Source: Escherichia coli
GTDB taxonomy: Bacteria > Pseudomonadota > Gammaproteobacteria > Enterobacterales > Enterobacteriaceae
DNA: 64,000 nucleotides
Reading direction: 5' to 3' (one strand)
Assembly: GCF_003018235.1 (NCBI RefSeq)
Contig: NZ_CP027437.1
The notes under the pieces are model-generated. The model made no database searches and had not been told where the DNA came from. It saw only the letters and a list, made by a program, of their open reading frames with translations. Shown piece by piece: positions 36,700 through 49,802 of the stretch (position 1 is its first letter; each line of letters begins with the position of its first letter). A program made the translations under genes and the position numbers.

Positions 36700-37440
36700 T
36701 TAGTAAATAGACACTCTGAATCCCGGATTCAGGAACGACTCGCGCGGAGTGTAATCCAGCGGTTTACCCTGCCAGTCGTGAACGTGCGCTCCGGCAGCTG
36801 CGGCCACAGCATGTCCAGCGGCGGTGTCCCAAATATTCGTTGGTCCGAAGCGCGGGTACAGCTGCGCCTGCCCTTCCGCCACCAGGCAGAATTTCAGCGA
36901 AGAGCCGATGGACGTGGTCTGATGTTCGCCAAGCTGTTGCAGATACTCTTTCAGCTCCGCATCTGCATGGGAACGGCTGATAACCACCAGCGGCGGGCGC
37001 GCATCACGGACCTGAATCTGCTTGCGCACGCCGCACTCTTCTTTCCACGCTTTGCCTTCTGCCGCGCTGTACATTACGTTCATTACCGGCGCATACACCA
37101 CACCTAAAATCGGTTTGCCGTGGTCGATGAGCGCAATGTTAACGGTAAATTCGCCATTACGTTTAATAAACTCTTTAGTACCATCCAGCGGGTCTACCAG
37201 CCAGTAACGCTGCCAGTGCTGACGGACTTCCCAACCGGGAGGATCTTCTTCAGAAAGCACCGGAATATCCGGTGTCAGCGTACGTAAACCGTCCATGATA
37301 ACGGTGTGTGCGGCAATATCCGCTGCCGTTACCGGAGAATTGTCCGCTTTGCTGACGACGTCCATCGGTTTCGTCCCGTCGTAGACCTGCATAATGGCAT
37401 CGCCTGCATTCCGTGCAAGCTGGCATACTTGATCTAACAT
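36700..37440 (-). CDS. cysQ: 3'(2'),5'-bisphosphate nucleotidase
   Basis: 246-aa ORF; inositol monophosphatase family motifs DPLDGT and WDTAAG. Confidence 0.9.
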   Translation of the reverse strand: MLDQVCQLARNAGDAIMQVYDGTKPMDVVSKADNSPVTAADIAAHTVIMDGLRTLTPDIPVLSEEDPPGWEVRQHWQRYWLVDPLDGTKEFIKRNGEFTVNIALIDHGKPILGVVYAPVMNVMYSAAEGKAWKEECGVRKQIQVRDARPPLVVISRSHADAELKEYLQQLGEHQTTSIGSSLKFCLVAEGQAQLYPRFGPTNIWDTAAGHAVAAAAGAHVHDWQGKPLDYTPRESFLNPGFRVSIY

Positions 37441-37629
37441 TTCTCCACCTCGTCTCTGTGAGCGGTGTTAACTTATTGTTTTACTTATACCCTATCGTTA
37501 ATGAATGCGCCAACTGTGATAGTGTCATCATTTTCAAAGCGTAAAATTGTGGCATTCTTCACTGTTCTATAAGTAAGACGTTTATTCTCTCTTTTCTTTC
37601 GTATTCCCGATGATAAAAGGATGTCCCTG

Positions 37630-39573
37630 ATGATTAAGTTTAGCGCAACGCTCCTGGCCACGCTGATTGCCGCCAGTGTGAATGCAGCGACGGTCGATCT
37701 GCGTATCATGGAAACCACTGATCTGCATAGCAACATGATGGATTTCGATTATTACAAAGACACCGCCACGGAAAAATTCGGACTGGTACGTACGGCAAGC
37801 CTGATTAACGATGCCCGCAATGAAGTGAAAAACAGCGTACTGGTGGATAACGGCGATTTGATTCAGGGGAGTCCGCTTGCAGATTACATGTCGGCGAAAG
37901 GTTTAAAAGCAGGCGATATTCATCCGGTCTATAAGGCATTAAATACGCTGGACTATACCGTCGGCACGCTTGGCAACCACGAGTTTAACTACGGTCTGGA
38001 TTACCTGAAAAATGCGCTGGCGGGAGCGAAATTCCCTTATGTAAATGCCAACGTCATTGACGCCAGAACCAAACAGCCAATGTTTACACCGTATTTAATT
38101 AAAGACACCGAAGTGGTCGATAAAGACGGAAAAAAACAGACGCTGAAGATTGGCTATATTGGCGTCGTGCCGCCGCAAATCATGGGCTGGGATAAAGCTA
38201 ATTTATCCGGGAAAGTGACGGTGAATGATATTACCGAAACCGTGCGCAAATACGTGCCTGAAATGCGCGAGAAAGGTGCCGATGTCGTTGTCGTTCTGGC
38301 GCATTCCGGGCTGTCTGCCGATCCGTATAAAGTGATGGCGGAAAACTCAGTTTATTACCTCAGTGAAATTCCGGGCGTTAACGCCATTATGTTTGGCCAT
38401 GCTCACGCCGTTTTCCCAGGTAAAGATTTTGCTGATATCGAAGGGGCTGATATCGCGAAAGGCACGCTGAATGGTGTTCCGGCGGTAATGCCAGGCATGT
38501 GGGGCGATCATCTTGGTGTGGTCGACTTACAACTCAGTAATGACAGCGGTAAATGGCAGGTGACGCAGGCGAAAGCGGAAGCAAGACCGATTTACGACAT
38601 CGCTAATAAAAAATCCCTCGCGGCGGAAGACAGCAAGCTGGTAGAAACACTCAAAGCCGATCACGATGCCACACGCCAGTTCGTCAGCAAGCCAATCGGT
38701 AAATCCGCCGACAATATGTATAGCTATCTGGCGCTAGTGCAAGACGATCCGACCGTGCAGGTAGTGAACAACGCGCAAAAAGCATATGTCGAGCATTACA
38801 TTCAGGGCGATCCGGATCTGGCAAAACTGCCGGTGCTTTCAGCTGCCGCACCGTTTAAAGTTGGTGGTCGCAAAAATGACCCGGCAAGCTATGTGGAGGT
38901 GGAAAAAGGCCAGTTGACCTTCCGTAATGCCGCCGATCTTTATCTCTACCCCAATACGCTGATTGTGGTGAAAGCCAGCGGTAAAGAGGTGAAAGAGTGG
39001 CTGGAGTGCTCCGCCGGACAGTTTAACCAGATTGATCCTAACAGCACGAAACCACAGTCACTCATCAACTGGGATGGTTTCCGCACCTATAACTTTGATG
39101 TTATTGATGGTGTGAATTATCAGATTGATGTTACCCAACCCGCCCGTTATGACGGCGAGTGCCAGATGATTAATGCCAATGCGGAAAGGATTAAGAACCT
39201 GACCTTTAATGGCAAACCGATTGATCCGAACGCCATGTTCCTCGTTGCCACCAATAACTATCGCGCTTACGGCGGCAAATTTGCCGGTACGGGCGACAGC
39301 CATATCGCTTTTGCTTCACCGGATGAGAACCGCTCGGTGCTGGCAGCGTGGATTGCTGATGAGTCGAAACGTGCGGGGGAAATTCACCCGGCGGCAGATA
39401 ACAACTGGCGTTTAGCACCAATAGCTGGCGATAAGAAACTGGATATCCGTTTCGAAACCTCTCCATCAGATAAAGCCGCGGCGTTTATTAAAGAGAAAGG
39501 GCAATATCCGATGAATAAAGTCGCGACCGATGATATCGGGTTTGCGATTTATCAGGTGGATTTGAGTAAGTAA
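37630..39573 (+). CDS. cpdB: 2',3'-cyclic-nucleotide 2'-phosphodiesterase / 3'-nucleotidase
   Basis: 647-aa product from [10 protein letters not shown] with signal peptide; metallophosphatase GNHEF motif. Confidence 0.9.
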
Positions 39574-39587
39574 TACACTTCTTTTTC

Positions 39588-39689
39588 GGCCTACAAATCA
39601 TCAACCGCATCCGACACTTTTGTCGGATGCGATGCTGGCGCATCTTATCCGTCCTACAAGTCATACACCGTAGGCCGCGCATCCTGCAG
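39588..39689. repeat. REP-like palindromes between cpdB and ytfH
   Basis: CGGCCTACAA...GCATCCGACA...TGTCGGATGC...GTAGGCCGCGCATCC inverted repeats. Confidence 0.4.
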
Positions 39690-40070
39690 TTACGCCGCAC
39701 GTTCATCCCGCACCGCCAACACCTCGGGCAAATTCAACTCAATCCAGTCCGCCAGTGCAGCAACCTTTTCGCTCACCTGCTCGCCCAGCGGCGTGAGGCT
39801 ATATTCCACATGCGGCGGCACCACCGGATACGCGATACGGTTAAGAAAACCATCCTGCTCTAGCGCCTGTAACGACTGCGCAAGCATCTTTTCACTCACC
39901 CCGCCCATTTTGCGCCGCAGGTCGCTAAAGCGATGAGTACCTTCGCGTAGCGCCACCAGAATCAACACCCCCCAACGGCTGGTGACGTGTTTCAAAACCT
40001 CGCGCGACGGACACTGTTCAGCGAAGAGATTTCCCTCTTTCAGTTGTTGCGACAGGCTAACCTGACTCAT
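39690..40070 (-). CDS. ytfH: HxlR-family transcriptional regulator
   Basis: 126-aa product from MSQVSLSQQLKEG; winged-helix HxlR-type sequence; ORF-track start is an upstream extension. Confidence 0.8.
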   Translation of the reverse strand: MSQVSLSQQLKEGNLFAEQCPSREVLKHVTSRWGVLILVALREGTHRFSDLRRKMGGVSEKMLAQSLQALEQDGFLNRIAYPVVPPHVEYSLTPLGEQVSEKVAALADWIELNLPEVLAVRDERAA

Positions 40071-40158
40071 CTCATACTTACCTTTTTGTACGTACTTACT
40101 AAAAGTAAGTTTAGGTGTTAGCGTATTTAAACACAAGACAAAACGATGGAGACTTCCC

Positions 40159-41019
40159 ATGATCGCTATTACTGGTGCCACTGGCCAACTTGGTCACTAT
40201 GTTATTGAATCCTTGATGAAAACGGTTCCTGCCAGCCAAATAGTGGCTATTGTTCGTAATCCGGCAAAAGCCCAGGCCCTGGCAGCACAAGGCATTACCG
40301 TGCGTCAGGCTGACTACGGCGATGAAGCCGCACTGACATCTGCACTTCAGGGAGTGGAAAAACTACTGCTGATCTCTTCCAGCGAAGTGGGTCAACGTGC
40401 CCCGCAGCATCGTAATGTTATTAATGCCGCAAAGGCGGCTGGCGTGAAATTTATCGCTTATACCAGCCTGCTACATGCAGATACCTCCCCGCTCGGCCTC
40501 GCCGATGAGCACATCGAGACGGAGAAAATGCTGGCTGATTCTGGCATCGTTTACACCCTGCTGCGCAACGGCTGGTACACCGAAAACTACCTCGCCAGCG
40601 CCCCGGCAGCACTGGAACACGGCGTATTTATCGGTGCGGCGGGCGATGGCAAAATCGCCTCAGCAACGCGGGCAGATTATGCGGCAGCTGCGGCACGCGT
40701 GATTAGCGAAGCCGGTCACGAAGGCAAGGTTTACGAACTGGCGGGCGATAGTGCCTGGACGTTGACACAGTTAGCGGCAGAGCTGACCAAACAGAGCGGA
40801 AAATCCGTTACCTATCAAAATCTGAGCGAAGCCGATTTCGCCGCGGCACTGAAAAGCGTCGGACTGCCCGACGGACTGGCGGATATGCTGGCGGATTCTG
40901 ACGTTGGCGCATCGAAAGGTGGTCTGTTTGATAACAGCAAAACGCTTAGCAAATTGATTGGCCGCCCAACGACAACGTTAGCCGAAAGCGTAAGCCATCT
41001 TTTTAATGTTAATAACTAG
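40159..41019 (+). CDS. qorB: NAD(P)H:quinone oxidoreductase (NmrA-like)
   Basis: 286-aa ORF; Rossmann GATGQLG at N-terminus; divergent from ytfH. Confidence 0.85.
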   Translation: MIAITGATGQLGHYVIESLMKTVPASQIVAIVRNPAKAQALAAQGITVRQADYGDEAALTSALQGVEKLLLISSSEVGQRAPQHRNVINAAKAAGVKFIAYTSLLHADTSPLGLADEHIETEKMLADSGIVYTLLRNGWYTENYLASAPAALEHGVFIGAAGDGKIASATRADYAAAAARVISEAGHEGKVYELAGDSAWTLTQLAAELTKQSGKSVTYQNLSEADFAAALKSVGLPDGLADMLADSDVGASKGGLFDNSKTLSKLIGRPTTTLAESVSHLFNVNN

Positions 41020-41118
41020 TTAATTAAAGTGGCATCCTCCCGCATCCTCTCTGATAATGACGGGATGCCGGGAGCAATCATATCTGCTTCCTGAACGTTT
41101 CTTCTGACAGACCAATGG

Positions 41119-42093
41119 ATGCCAGTAATGATTAGCGGCGTGCTGTACGCCCTGTTAGCAGGGTTGATGTGGGGGCTTATTTTTGTCGGGCCGTTGATCG
41201 TGCCGGAATACCCGGCGATGTTGCAGTCTATGGGGCGTTATCTGGCGTTAGGGTTAATTGCGCTGCCCATTGCCTGGCTGGGACGCGTGCGTCTGCGTCA
41301 GTTGGCGCGTCGCGACTGGCTTACCGCCTTGATGCTCACCATGATGGGCAACCTCATCTATTACTTCTGCCTTGCCAGTGCCATTCAACGTACTGGCGCG
41401 CCTGTTTCCACGATGATTATCGGCACCCTGCCGGTGGTCATTCCTGTCTTTGCCAATCTGCTTTATAGCCAGCGCGACGGCAAACTCGCGTGGGGAAAAC
41501 TCGCCCCGGCACTGATTTGTATTGGCATCGGCCTGGCGAGTGTGAATATTGCTGAGTTAAACCACGGACTCCCCGATTTTGACTGGGCACGTTATACCTC
41601 TGGCATCGTGCTGGCGTTAGTTTCCGTGGTCTGCTGGGCATGGTATGCCCTGCGCAACGCCCGCTGGCTGCGGGAAAATCCCGACAAACATCCGATGATG
41701 TGGGCGACGGCGCAGGCGCTGGTCACGCTGCCGGTTTCGCTTATCGGCTATCTCGTCGCTTGTTACTGGCTGAATACGCAAACGCCGGACTTCTCCCTAC
41801 CTTTTGGCCCCCGTCCGCTTGTATTTGTTAGCCTGATGATTGCGATAGCTGTGCTTTGCTCATGGGTTGGCGCACTCTGCTGGAACGTCGCCAGCCAGCG
41901 ATTACCGACAGTGATTCTCGGGCCGCTGATTGTTTTCGAAACGCTGGCAGGCTTGCTGTACACCTTTTTGTTACGCCAGCAAATGCCGCCGCTAATGACG
42001 CTAAGCGGTATCGCGCTGTTAGTGGTTGGCGTGGTCATTGCGGTCAGAGCAAAACCAGAAAAACCTTTAACTGAATCTGTCTCAGAAAGTTGA
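41119..42093 (+). CDS. ytfF: DMT-superfamily inner membrane transporter
   Basis: 324-aa polytopic membrane ORF. Confidence 0.8.
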   Translation: MPVMISGVLYALLAGLMWGLIFVGPLIVPEYPAMLQSMGRYLALGLIALPIAWLGRVRLRQLARRDWLTALMLTMMGNLIYYFCLASAIQRTGAPVSTMIIGTLPVVIPVFANLLYSQRDGKLAWGKLAPALICIGIGLASVNIAELNHGLPDFDWARYTSGIVLALVSVVCWAWYALRNARWLRENPDKHPMMWATAQALVTLPVSLIGYLVACYWLNTQTPDFSLPFGPRPLVFVSLMIAIAVLCSWVGALCWNVASQRLPTVILGPLIVFETLAGLLYTFLLRQQMPPLMTLSGIALLVVGVVIAVRAKPEKPLTESVSES

Positions 42094-42200
42094 CACGCTG
42101 GCAGTGAGTTAAATAAGCCTCTGCTACGTAAGGGTTATAGCTTTTGCCTTAAAGGTGCATTTAAAATGCATCTTATCTTATTAAGAATGAGGTATCAGCT

Positions 42201-42863
42201 ATGGCTTATCGCGACCAACCTTTAGGTGAACTGGCGCTCTCTATTCCTCGCGCTTCAGCTCTGTTTCGTAAATATGATATGGATTACTGCTGCGGCGGTA
42301 AGCAAACGCTGGCGCGTGCGGCGGCACGTAAAGAACTGGATGTTGAGGTCATTGAAGCTGAGCTGGCAAAGCTTGCTGAACAACCGATTGAGAAAGACTG
42401 GCGTAGCGCCCCGCTGGCAGAAATCATCGACCATATCATCGTGCGCTACCACGATCGTCACCGCGAGCAACTGCCGGAGCTGATCCTGCAAGCGACTAAA
42501 GTCGAACGCGTTCACGCCGACAAACCGAGCGTGCCAAAAGGGCTGACAAAATACCTGACTATGCTGCATGAAGAGCTTTCCAGCCACATGATGAAAGAAG
42601 AGCAGATCCTCTTCCCGATGATCAAACAAGGCATGGGCAGCCAGGCAATGGGACCAATCAGCGTGATGGAAAGCGAGCACGATGAAGCGGGCGAACTGCT
42701 GGAAGTGATTAAACACACCACCAATAACGTCACACCGCCGCCAGAAGCCTGCACCACCTGGAAAGCGATGTATAACGGTATTAATGAACTGATTGATGAC
42801 CTGATGGATCACATCAGTCTGGAAAACAATGTACTGTTCCCACGCGCCCTGGCGGGTGAGTGA
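42201..42863 (+). CDS. ytfE: iron-sulfur cluster repair di-iron protein (RIC)
   Basis: 220-aa ORF; hemerythrin-like histidine/glutamate ligands. Confidence 0.9.
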   Translation: MAYRDQPLGELALSIPRASALFRKYDMDYCCGGKQTLARAAARKELDVEVIEAELAKLAEQPIEKDWRSAPLAEIIDHIIVRYHDRHREQLPELILQATKVERVHADKPSVPKGLTKYLTMLHEELSSHMMKEEQILFPMIKQGMGSQAMGPISVMESEHDEAGELLEVIKHTTNNVTPPPEACTTWKAMYNGINELIDDLMDHISLENNVLFPRALAGE

Positions 42864-42870
42864 TCTAAAA

Positions 42871-42895
42871 GCTGGATGGCATTGCGCCATCCAGC
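42871..42895. terminator. bidirectional terminator hairpin (GCTGGATGGC/GCCATCCAGC) between convergent ytfE and cycA
   Basis: 10-bp perfect stem, 5-nt loop. Confidence 0.5.
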
Positions 42896-42907
42896 ATGAT
42901 AATGCGG

Positions 42908-44320
42908 TTATTTCCGCAGTTCAGCAGCCCGCTTCTTACCAATAAACAACCAGCCCAGCCCCAGAGCGATAAACCACAGCGGGGTAACCAGCAGCGCCTG
43001 GCGGGTATCATCTTCCAGTGTCAGCAGCACGACCACGAACACAAAGAATGCCATACATACCCAGCACATCAGCTTGCCGAGCGGCATCTTGTAGATTGAT
43101 TTCTCATGCAGGTGCGGACGCTGTTTGCGATACACCAGGTACGAGCAAAGGATAATCGTCCAGACGAACATAAACAGAATCGCGGAAACGGTCGTGATCA
43201 TCGTGAACGCACCAATCACGCTGGGATTCACATACAGCATCACCACGCCGCCGAGCAGGCAGATGCAGGAGAAGGTCAGCCCTTTCGCGGGTACGGCGCG
43301 CTTAGAGAGTTTAGCGAACGCTTTCGGTGCCACACCTTCCTGCGCCAGACCAAACAGCATACGACTGGTAGAGAAGACGCCGCTGTTAGCGGAAGAAGCG
43401 GCAGAGGTCAGCACCACAAAGTTAATCACGCTGGCGGCAGCAGGCAGACCCACCAACACGAACAGTTCAACAAACGGGCTTTTCTCCGGGACTACCGAAC
43501 TCCACGGCGTCACGGACATAATCACAATTAGCGCGAAGACGTAGAACATAATGATACGGATCGGAATGGAGTTAATCGCGCGTGGCAGTGATTTCTCTGG
43601 ATCTTTGGTTTCCGCAGCTGTTGTACCTACCAGCTCAATCCCTACGAAAGCGAAAACCGCTATCTGGAATCCGGCAAAGAAGCCACTTAAACCTTTCGGG
43701 AACCAGCCGCCATCATTCCACAAATGCGCGAATGACGCTTCCACACCGGTCGGTGACTGAAAGTGCATCGCCACCATGACCAGGCCGACGACAATCAGCG
43801 ACACAATGGCGACGATTTTGATCATCGCAAACCAGAACTCCATCTCACCGAACATTTTCACGGTGGCGAGGTTGAGCGTCAGCAGCAGCACTATCACCGC
43901 CAGCGAGGCGACCCAGTCGGAGAGATCGGGGAACCAGAACTGAGCATAAGCCGTGATCGCCACCACGTCTGCCATACCGGTTACAACCCAGCAGAACCAG
44001 TAGGTCCAGCCGGTGAAATATCCTGCCCACGGCCCGAGTAAATCGGAAGCGAAGTCACTAAAAGATTTGTATTCCAGATTCGAAAGCAGCAATTCCCCCA
44101 TTGCCCGCATCACGAAAAAGAGCATAAAACCGATGATCATATAAACGAAAATGATCGACGGCCCGGCAAGGCTAATCGTTTTGCCGGACCCCATAAACAA
44201 CCCCGTACCAATGGCACCGCCAATGGCAATAAGCTGAATATGTCGGTTTGTGAGATTGCGCCGTAGCGACTGTTCAGCCGGAGCCTGATCATCGGCAACG
44301 ACTTTTACCTGATCTACCAT
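42908..44320 (-). CDS. cycA: D-serine/D-alanine/glycine transporter (APC family)
   Basis: 470-aa amino-acid permease ORF. Confidence 0.9.
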   Translation of the reverse strand: MVDQVKVVADDQAPAEQSLRRNLTNRHIQLIAIGGAIGTGLFMGSGKTISLAGPSIIFVYMIIGFMLFFVMRAMGELLLSNLEYKSFSDFASDLLGPWAGYFTGWTYWFCWVVTGMADVVAITAYAQFWFPDLSDWVASLAVIVLLLTLNLATVKMFGEMEFWFAMIKIVAIVSLIVVGLVMVAMHFQSPTGVEASFAHLWNDGGWFPKGLSGFFAGFQIAVFAFVGIELVGTTAAETKDPEKSLPRAINSIPIRIIMFYVFALIVIMSVTPWSSVVPEKSPFVELFVLVGLPAAASVINFVVLTSAASSANSGVFSTSRMLFGLAQEGVAPKAFAKLSKRAVPAKGLTFSCICLLGGVVMLYVNPSVIGAFTMITTVSAILFMFVWTIILCSYLVYRKQRPHLHEKSIYKMPLGKLMCWVCMAFFVFVVVLLTLEDDTRQALLVTPLWFIALGLGWLFIGKKRAAELRK

Positions 44321-44628
44321 GTTTTTTTCTTCCTGTACCTGTCTGTGTTGTTCAGGCTCTACGGCCTTTAGTCAGTCTATGATACGACGAATCTGTATCG
44401 GGACTCATCGATATTAGGTAACAATACGCGGGATGAATACTAAGATTTAGATCTAATGTTAATTTTATGTTTAAAGTGAGTGTCATATCACGGTGATAAC
44501 GCGAAACAGCTCACAAAAATACACGCTTACGGGGTCTTTGCAACACAAAATAGCGCCGTTTGGCAAACTGAAGGGTTTATTGCTGAATGTCTGCTCCCCT
44601 CTGGTTCGAGGGGAACAGAATGCGCTGC

Positions 44629-45249
44629 TTAGAGGATTTCCAGCAGTTCGACTTCAAACACCAGGGTGCTGAACGGAGGGATGGACGCGCCTGCGCCACG
44701 CTCGCCATATGCCAGTTCCTGCGGGATAGTCAGTTCCCATTTAGAACCTACCGGCATCAGAGTCAGTGCTTCAATCCAGCCAGGGATCACGCCGTTAACC
44801 GGGAATTCAGCTGGCTCGCCGCGAGCGACGGAGCTGTCAAACACGGTGCCGTCGATCAGTTTTCCGGTGTAATGAACACGAACGCGGTCGGTACGTGCCG
44901 GAATTGCGCCTTCGCCCTGGTTGATCACGCGGAATTGCAGGCCAGATTCGGTGCTATTCACACCTTCTTTTTTGGCGTTTTCTTCCAGGTATTTCACACC
45001 TTCAGCAGCCATCGCCTGGAAACGCTGACGACGAACGGCATCGGCGCGTTCGTGGATTTCACGCAGCGCGCGGTGCACCACATCAACCGGAACAGCCGGA
45101 TGTTTGCCTTCCAGCGCATCAGCAATGCCTGCAACCAGTGCTTCTGGCAGCAGCCCTTCCAGGCCAGATTCACTCAGTTGTTGCCCTACCTGCAAACCAA
45201 TGCCGTAGCTTGCTTGCGCTTCGATGGTGTCAAAAGTTGGGGTGGTCAT
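44629..45249 (-). CDS. fklB: FKBP-type peptidyl-prolyl cis-trans isomerase
   Basis: 206-aa product from [12 protein letters not shown]; ORF-track start is an upstream extension. Confidence 0.9.
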
Positions 45250-45466
45250 CGTATTTCCTTTCTTAGGGTATAAAGTAGCGGGCAGCATATCAGCCACACT
45301 TCTTTGGGTAAAACTTTGTCGCGGGAATGATGACAAATCCCGGGGAAAAAGAAACAATAGCAATATCCCGTATGAATATAATAAAGGCGGGTTTACCACG
45401 GACATCATAGCGTTAGCTTATTCATAGGCTATGATTGAGGAACAAGACGCGGAGCAGGAGGAAACC

Positions 45467-46105
45467 ATGCCCGGGCGCTTTGAACTAAAACCAACCCTGG
45501 AGAAAGTCTGGCACGCGCCGGACAATTTTCGCTTCATGGACCCGCTGCCGCCGATGCATCGTCGGGGGATCATTATTGCCGCCATTGTATTGGTGGTCGG
45601 ATTTCTGCTTCCATCTGATGATACGCCCAACGCGCCGGTGGTGACGCGTGAAGCGCAGTTAGATATTCAGTCGCAATCACAACCGCCGACAGAAGAACAG
45701 CTGCGGGCGCAATTAGTCACCCCACAAAATGATCCTGATCAGGTGGCTCCGGTCGCTCCAGAACCTATACAGGAAGGCCAGCCAGAAGAGCAGCCGCAAA
45801 CTACCCAAACGCAACCATTCCAGCCAGATAGCGGAATTGATAATCAATGGCGCTCTTACCGTGTCGAACCCGGTAAAACGATGGCGCAGCTGTTCCGCGA
45901 CCACGGACTGCCCGCTACCGATGTCTATGCAATGGCGCAGGTAGAAGGCGCGGATAAGCCGCTGAGTAATTTGCAAAACGGGCAGATGGTGAAAATCCGC
46001 CAGAACGCCAGCGGCGTGGTGACGGGCTTAACCATTGATACGGGGAATAATCAACAGGTCCTGTTTACCCGCCAGTCGGATGGCAGTTTTATTCGTGCGC
46101 GGTAG
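45467..46105 (+). CDS. ytfB: OapA/LysM-domain protein YtfB
   Basis: 212-aa product from [13 protein letters not shown]; transmembrane segment then Pro/Gln-rich linker and C-terminal OapA-like domain. Confidence 0.8.
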   Translation: MPGRFELKPTLEKVWHAPDNFRFMDPLPPMHRRGIIIAAIVLVVGFLLPSDDTPNAPVVTREAQLDIQSQSQPPTEEQLRAQLVTPQNDPDQVAPVAPEPIQEGQPEEQPQTTQTQPFQPDSGIDNQWRSYRVEPGKTMAQLFRDHGLPATDVYAMAQVEGADKPLSNLQNGQMVKIRQNASGVVTGLTIDTGNNQQVLFTRQSDGSFIRAR

Positions 46106-46544
46106 TAGATGAAGGGTCAACCAAAAGCCAGCTAAGGAGCGTCTCTTTGATGACCTTACGTCTGGCTTCCAGTGCCTGGGGGGAAACCATACTGATATGA
46201 TAAACCAGGCCAAGCGTATGCTGGTTGATCAAATAATATCCCCCAAGCGCAGCAATATTAATATACACCTGCAATGGGTCGATATCTGGCTTAAAAATAT
46301 TGTGTTTCTTCCCTTCATCCAATAAGGATTCCATTAACTGCAAGTGCGCATGATTAATTTCTAAGAGACGCTGTGATTTTGCATAATGCACACCTTTACT
46401 TTGGTTTTCACTATGCACAATTTTTAAAAACCAGGGATTAGCAATATAATAACCCCAGGTAAAATCGATGATTTTTTCAATGGCTTTTTGTGGCTGGTTA
46501 ACCTGCTGATTAACGAACGCACCGATACCGACAGCGTAGAATAA
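46089..46544 (-). pseudogene. ytfA: TetR-family regulator remnant (C-terminal domain only, no start codon, no HTH)
   Basis: Reading frame runs open from a stop at 46545-46547 with no ATG; GTG at 46418 is the only candidate start; product lacks the N-terminal HTH. Confidence 0.6.
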
Positions 46545-46767
46545 TTACATACCGCACAACAAGAATGTATGGTGTAAGGCGTTGTCAGTCATCTCCCTCC
46601 CTGGGTGCATCGTTATATCCGTGATGAGCGATTTTTGATATTAATATCTTTTACTATCCGCTATTTTCACCACTTCAGAAAACAAACTTATTTTTATTAA
46701 TATCAACTCTTTTTCTTTGAACATTCAACTGCGATATTTGTAAAAATATTAAACAGGCAACAATAAA

Positions 46768-47562
46768 ATGACATTACCAACAACTATTTATTCATTTCCT
46801 GCATATTCACCCCGTTTTTCGTCCACCGACAAACCAGTAAAATTAAAATTTCATCAATACGCACGCGCTACATTACTTTCAAATCGTGGAAGAGACCATA
46901 ATTGCGATGGCAGACATACTGTTGAGATCCACAAACTAGATCTCTCAGACTGGCAAGCATTCAATAAGTTAGCGACGAGGTGTAATACTTACGATGGAAT
47001 AACAATGAATGGTGATAATTCTTTTGGATGGAACCATGAAGCTACATTAGATAATATTCACGCCCAGAAATACAATAAAGCTTACGCGGGTGCGAGGTTA
47101 ACCGCAGAACTGAAATATTTATTGCAAGATGTCGAATCCTTCGAACCCAACAGTAAATACACAATACACGAGGTTGTTTTGGGTCCAGGTTATGGTACTC
47201 CAGACTATACCGGCCAAACGATAGGATACGTTGTAACCCTTCCTGCCCAAATGCCTAATTGCTGGTCATCTGAACTACCAACAATCGATCTTTATATCGA
47301 CCAACTTCGCACTGTTACAGGCGTTTCTAATGCCCTCGGATTCATCATTGCTGCATTGCTAAACGCGTATTCTGATTTACCCCATGATTTGAAAATTGGT
47401 CTGCGTTCCTTATCAAGTTCAGCAGCAATCTACTCGGGTTTGGGTTTCGAACGAGTGCCACAGGACCGAGACATAAGGTGCGATCATATGCATCTAACGC
47501 CAGCAAACCATCCTGAATTATGGACACAGGAGAATGGTGAATGGATCTACTTGCGAAACTAA
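46768..47562 (+). CDS. yjfZ: uncharacterised protein (AT-rich gene)
   Basis: 264-aa ORF in an AT-rich block; no recognisable domain by eye. Confidence 0.7.
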   Translation: MTLPTTIYSFPAYSPRFSSTDKPVKLKFHQYARATLLSNRGRDHNCDGRHTVEIHKLDLSDWQAFNKLATRCNTYDGITMNGDNSFGWNHEATLDNIHAQKYNKAYAGARLTAELKYLLQDVESFEPNSKYTIHEVVLGPGYGTPDYTGQTIGYVVTLPAQMPNCWSSELPTIDLYIDQLRTVTGVSNALGFIIAALLNAYSDLPHDLKIGLRSLSSSAAIYSGLGFERVPQDRDIRCDHMHLTPANHPELWTQENGEWIYLRN

Positions 47563-47587
47563 TACCTGACGAAAAATAGAAAGCAAA

Positions 47588-47612
47588 ACGCCGACCAATG
47601 GTCGGCGTTTTT
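47588..47612. terminator. bidirectional intrinsic terminator between yjfZ and rplI (ACGCCGACC-AATG-GGTCGGCGT then TTTT)
   Basis: 9-bp stem flanked by A-run upstream and T-run downstream. Confidence 0.6.
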
Positions 47613-47632
47613 ACGTCTCGTTGAATAACGAA

Positions 47633-48094
<462 letters not shown>

Positions 48095-48123
48095 TCAAAG
48101 TCGTATTAATGGACCGTGACCGA

Positions 48124-48670
<547 letters not shown>

Positions 48671-48676
48671 CAGAAA

Positions 48677-49190
<514 letters not shown>

Positions 49191-49398
49191 TAAACTCAAG
49201 GCCAGCCGACAAATAAATCTCATCTTTCACCAAATCGTACTAACACGCTGATTTGAAGTTCATCACACTTCATCATGGTGTTTTTTTGAACAACTGCATC
49301 AGAAATGGTCACCATCAACTTCTTTATCATTGATTAAAATTAAATCAGAAGATCATCACAGAGGAGAGCACACAAAGTCAGCCGTTGAGGAGGTATCT

Positions 49399-49674
49399 AT
49401 GTTCAGTCGTGTTTTAGCCCTTCTGGCTGTGCTTTTGCTAAGTGCAAATACATGGGCAGCCATTGAAATTAATAACCACCAGGCCAGAAATATGGACGAT
49501 GTGCAAAGCTTAGGCGTGATTTATATCAACCATAACTTCGCCACTGAAAGTGAAGCACGTCAGGCATTAAATGAAGAGACAGATGCGCAGGGCGCAACGT
49601 ACTACCACGTGATTCTGATGCGGGAACCGGGAAGTAACGGCAATATGCACGCCAGCGCGGATATTTATCGCTAG
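49399..49674 (+). CDS. yjfY: DUF1471 (BhsA/YdgH-like) small secreted protein
   Basis: 91-aa product from MFSRVLALLAVLLLSANTWA (signal peptide). Confidence 0.8.
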   Translation: MFSRVLALLAVLLLSANTWAAIEINNHQARNMDDVQSLGVIYINHNFATESEARQALNEETDAQGATYYHVILMREPGSNGNMHASADIYR

Positions 49675-49802
49675 CACCAGGTATAACCAACGAAACATTG
49701 CCATAGTTTGCTTTGCCCCCTTCGCAGGGGGCTTTTTTTGAAAAACGGCTGCGGAATTAGACCAGTTATCTCCCGAAGAAGGAAATTTCCGCAGCGCGTG
49801 TT

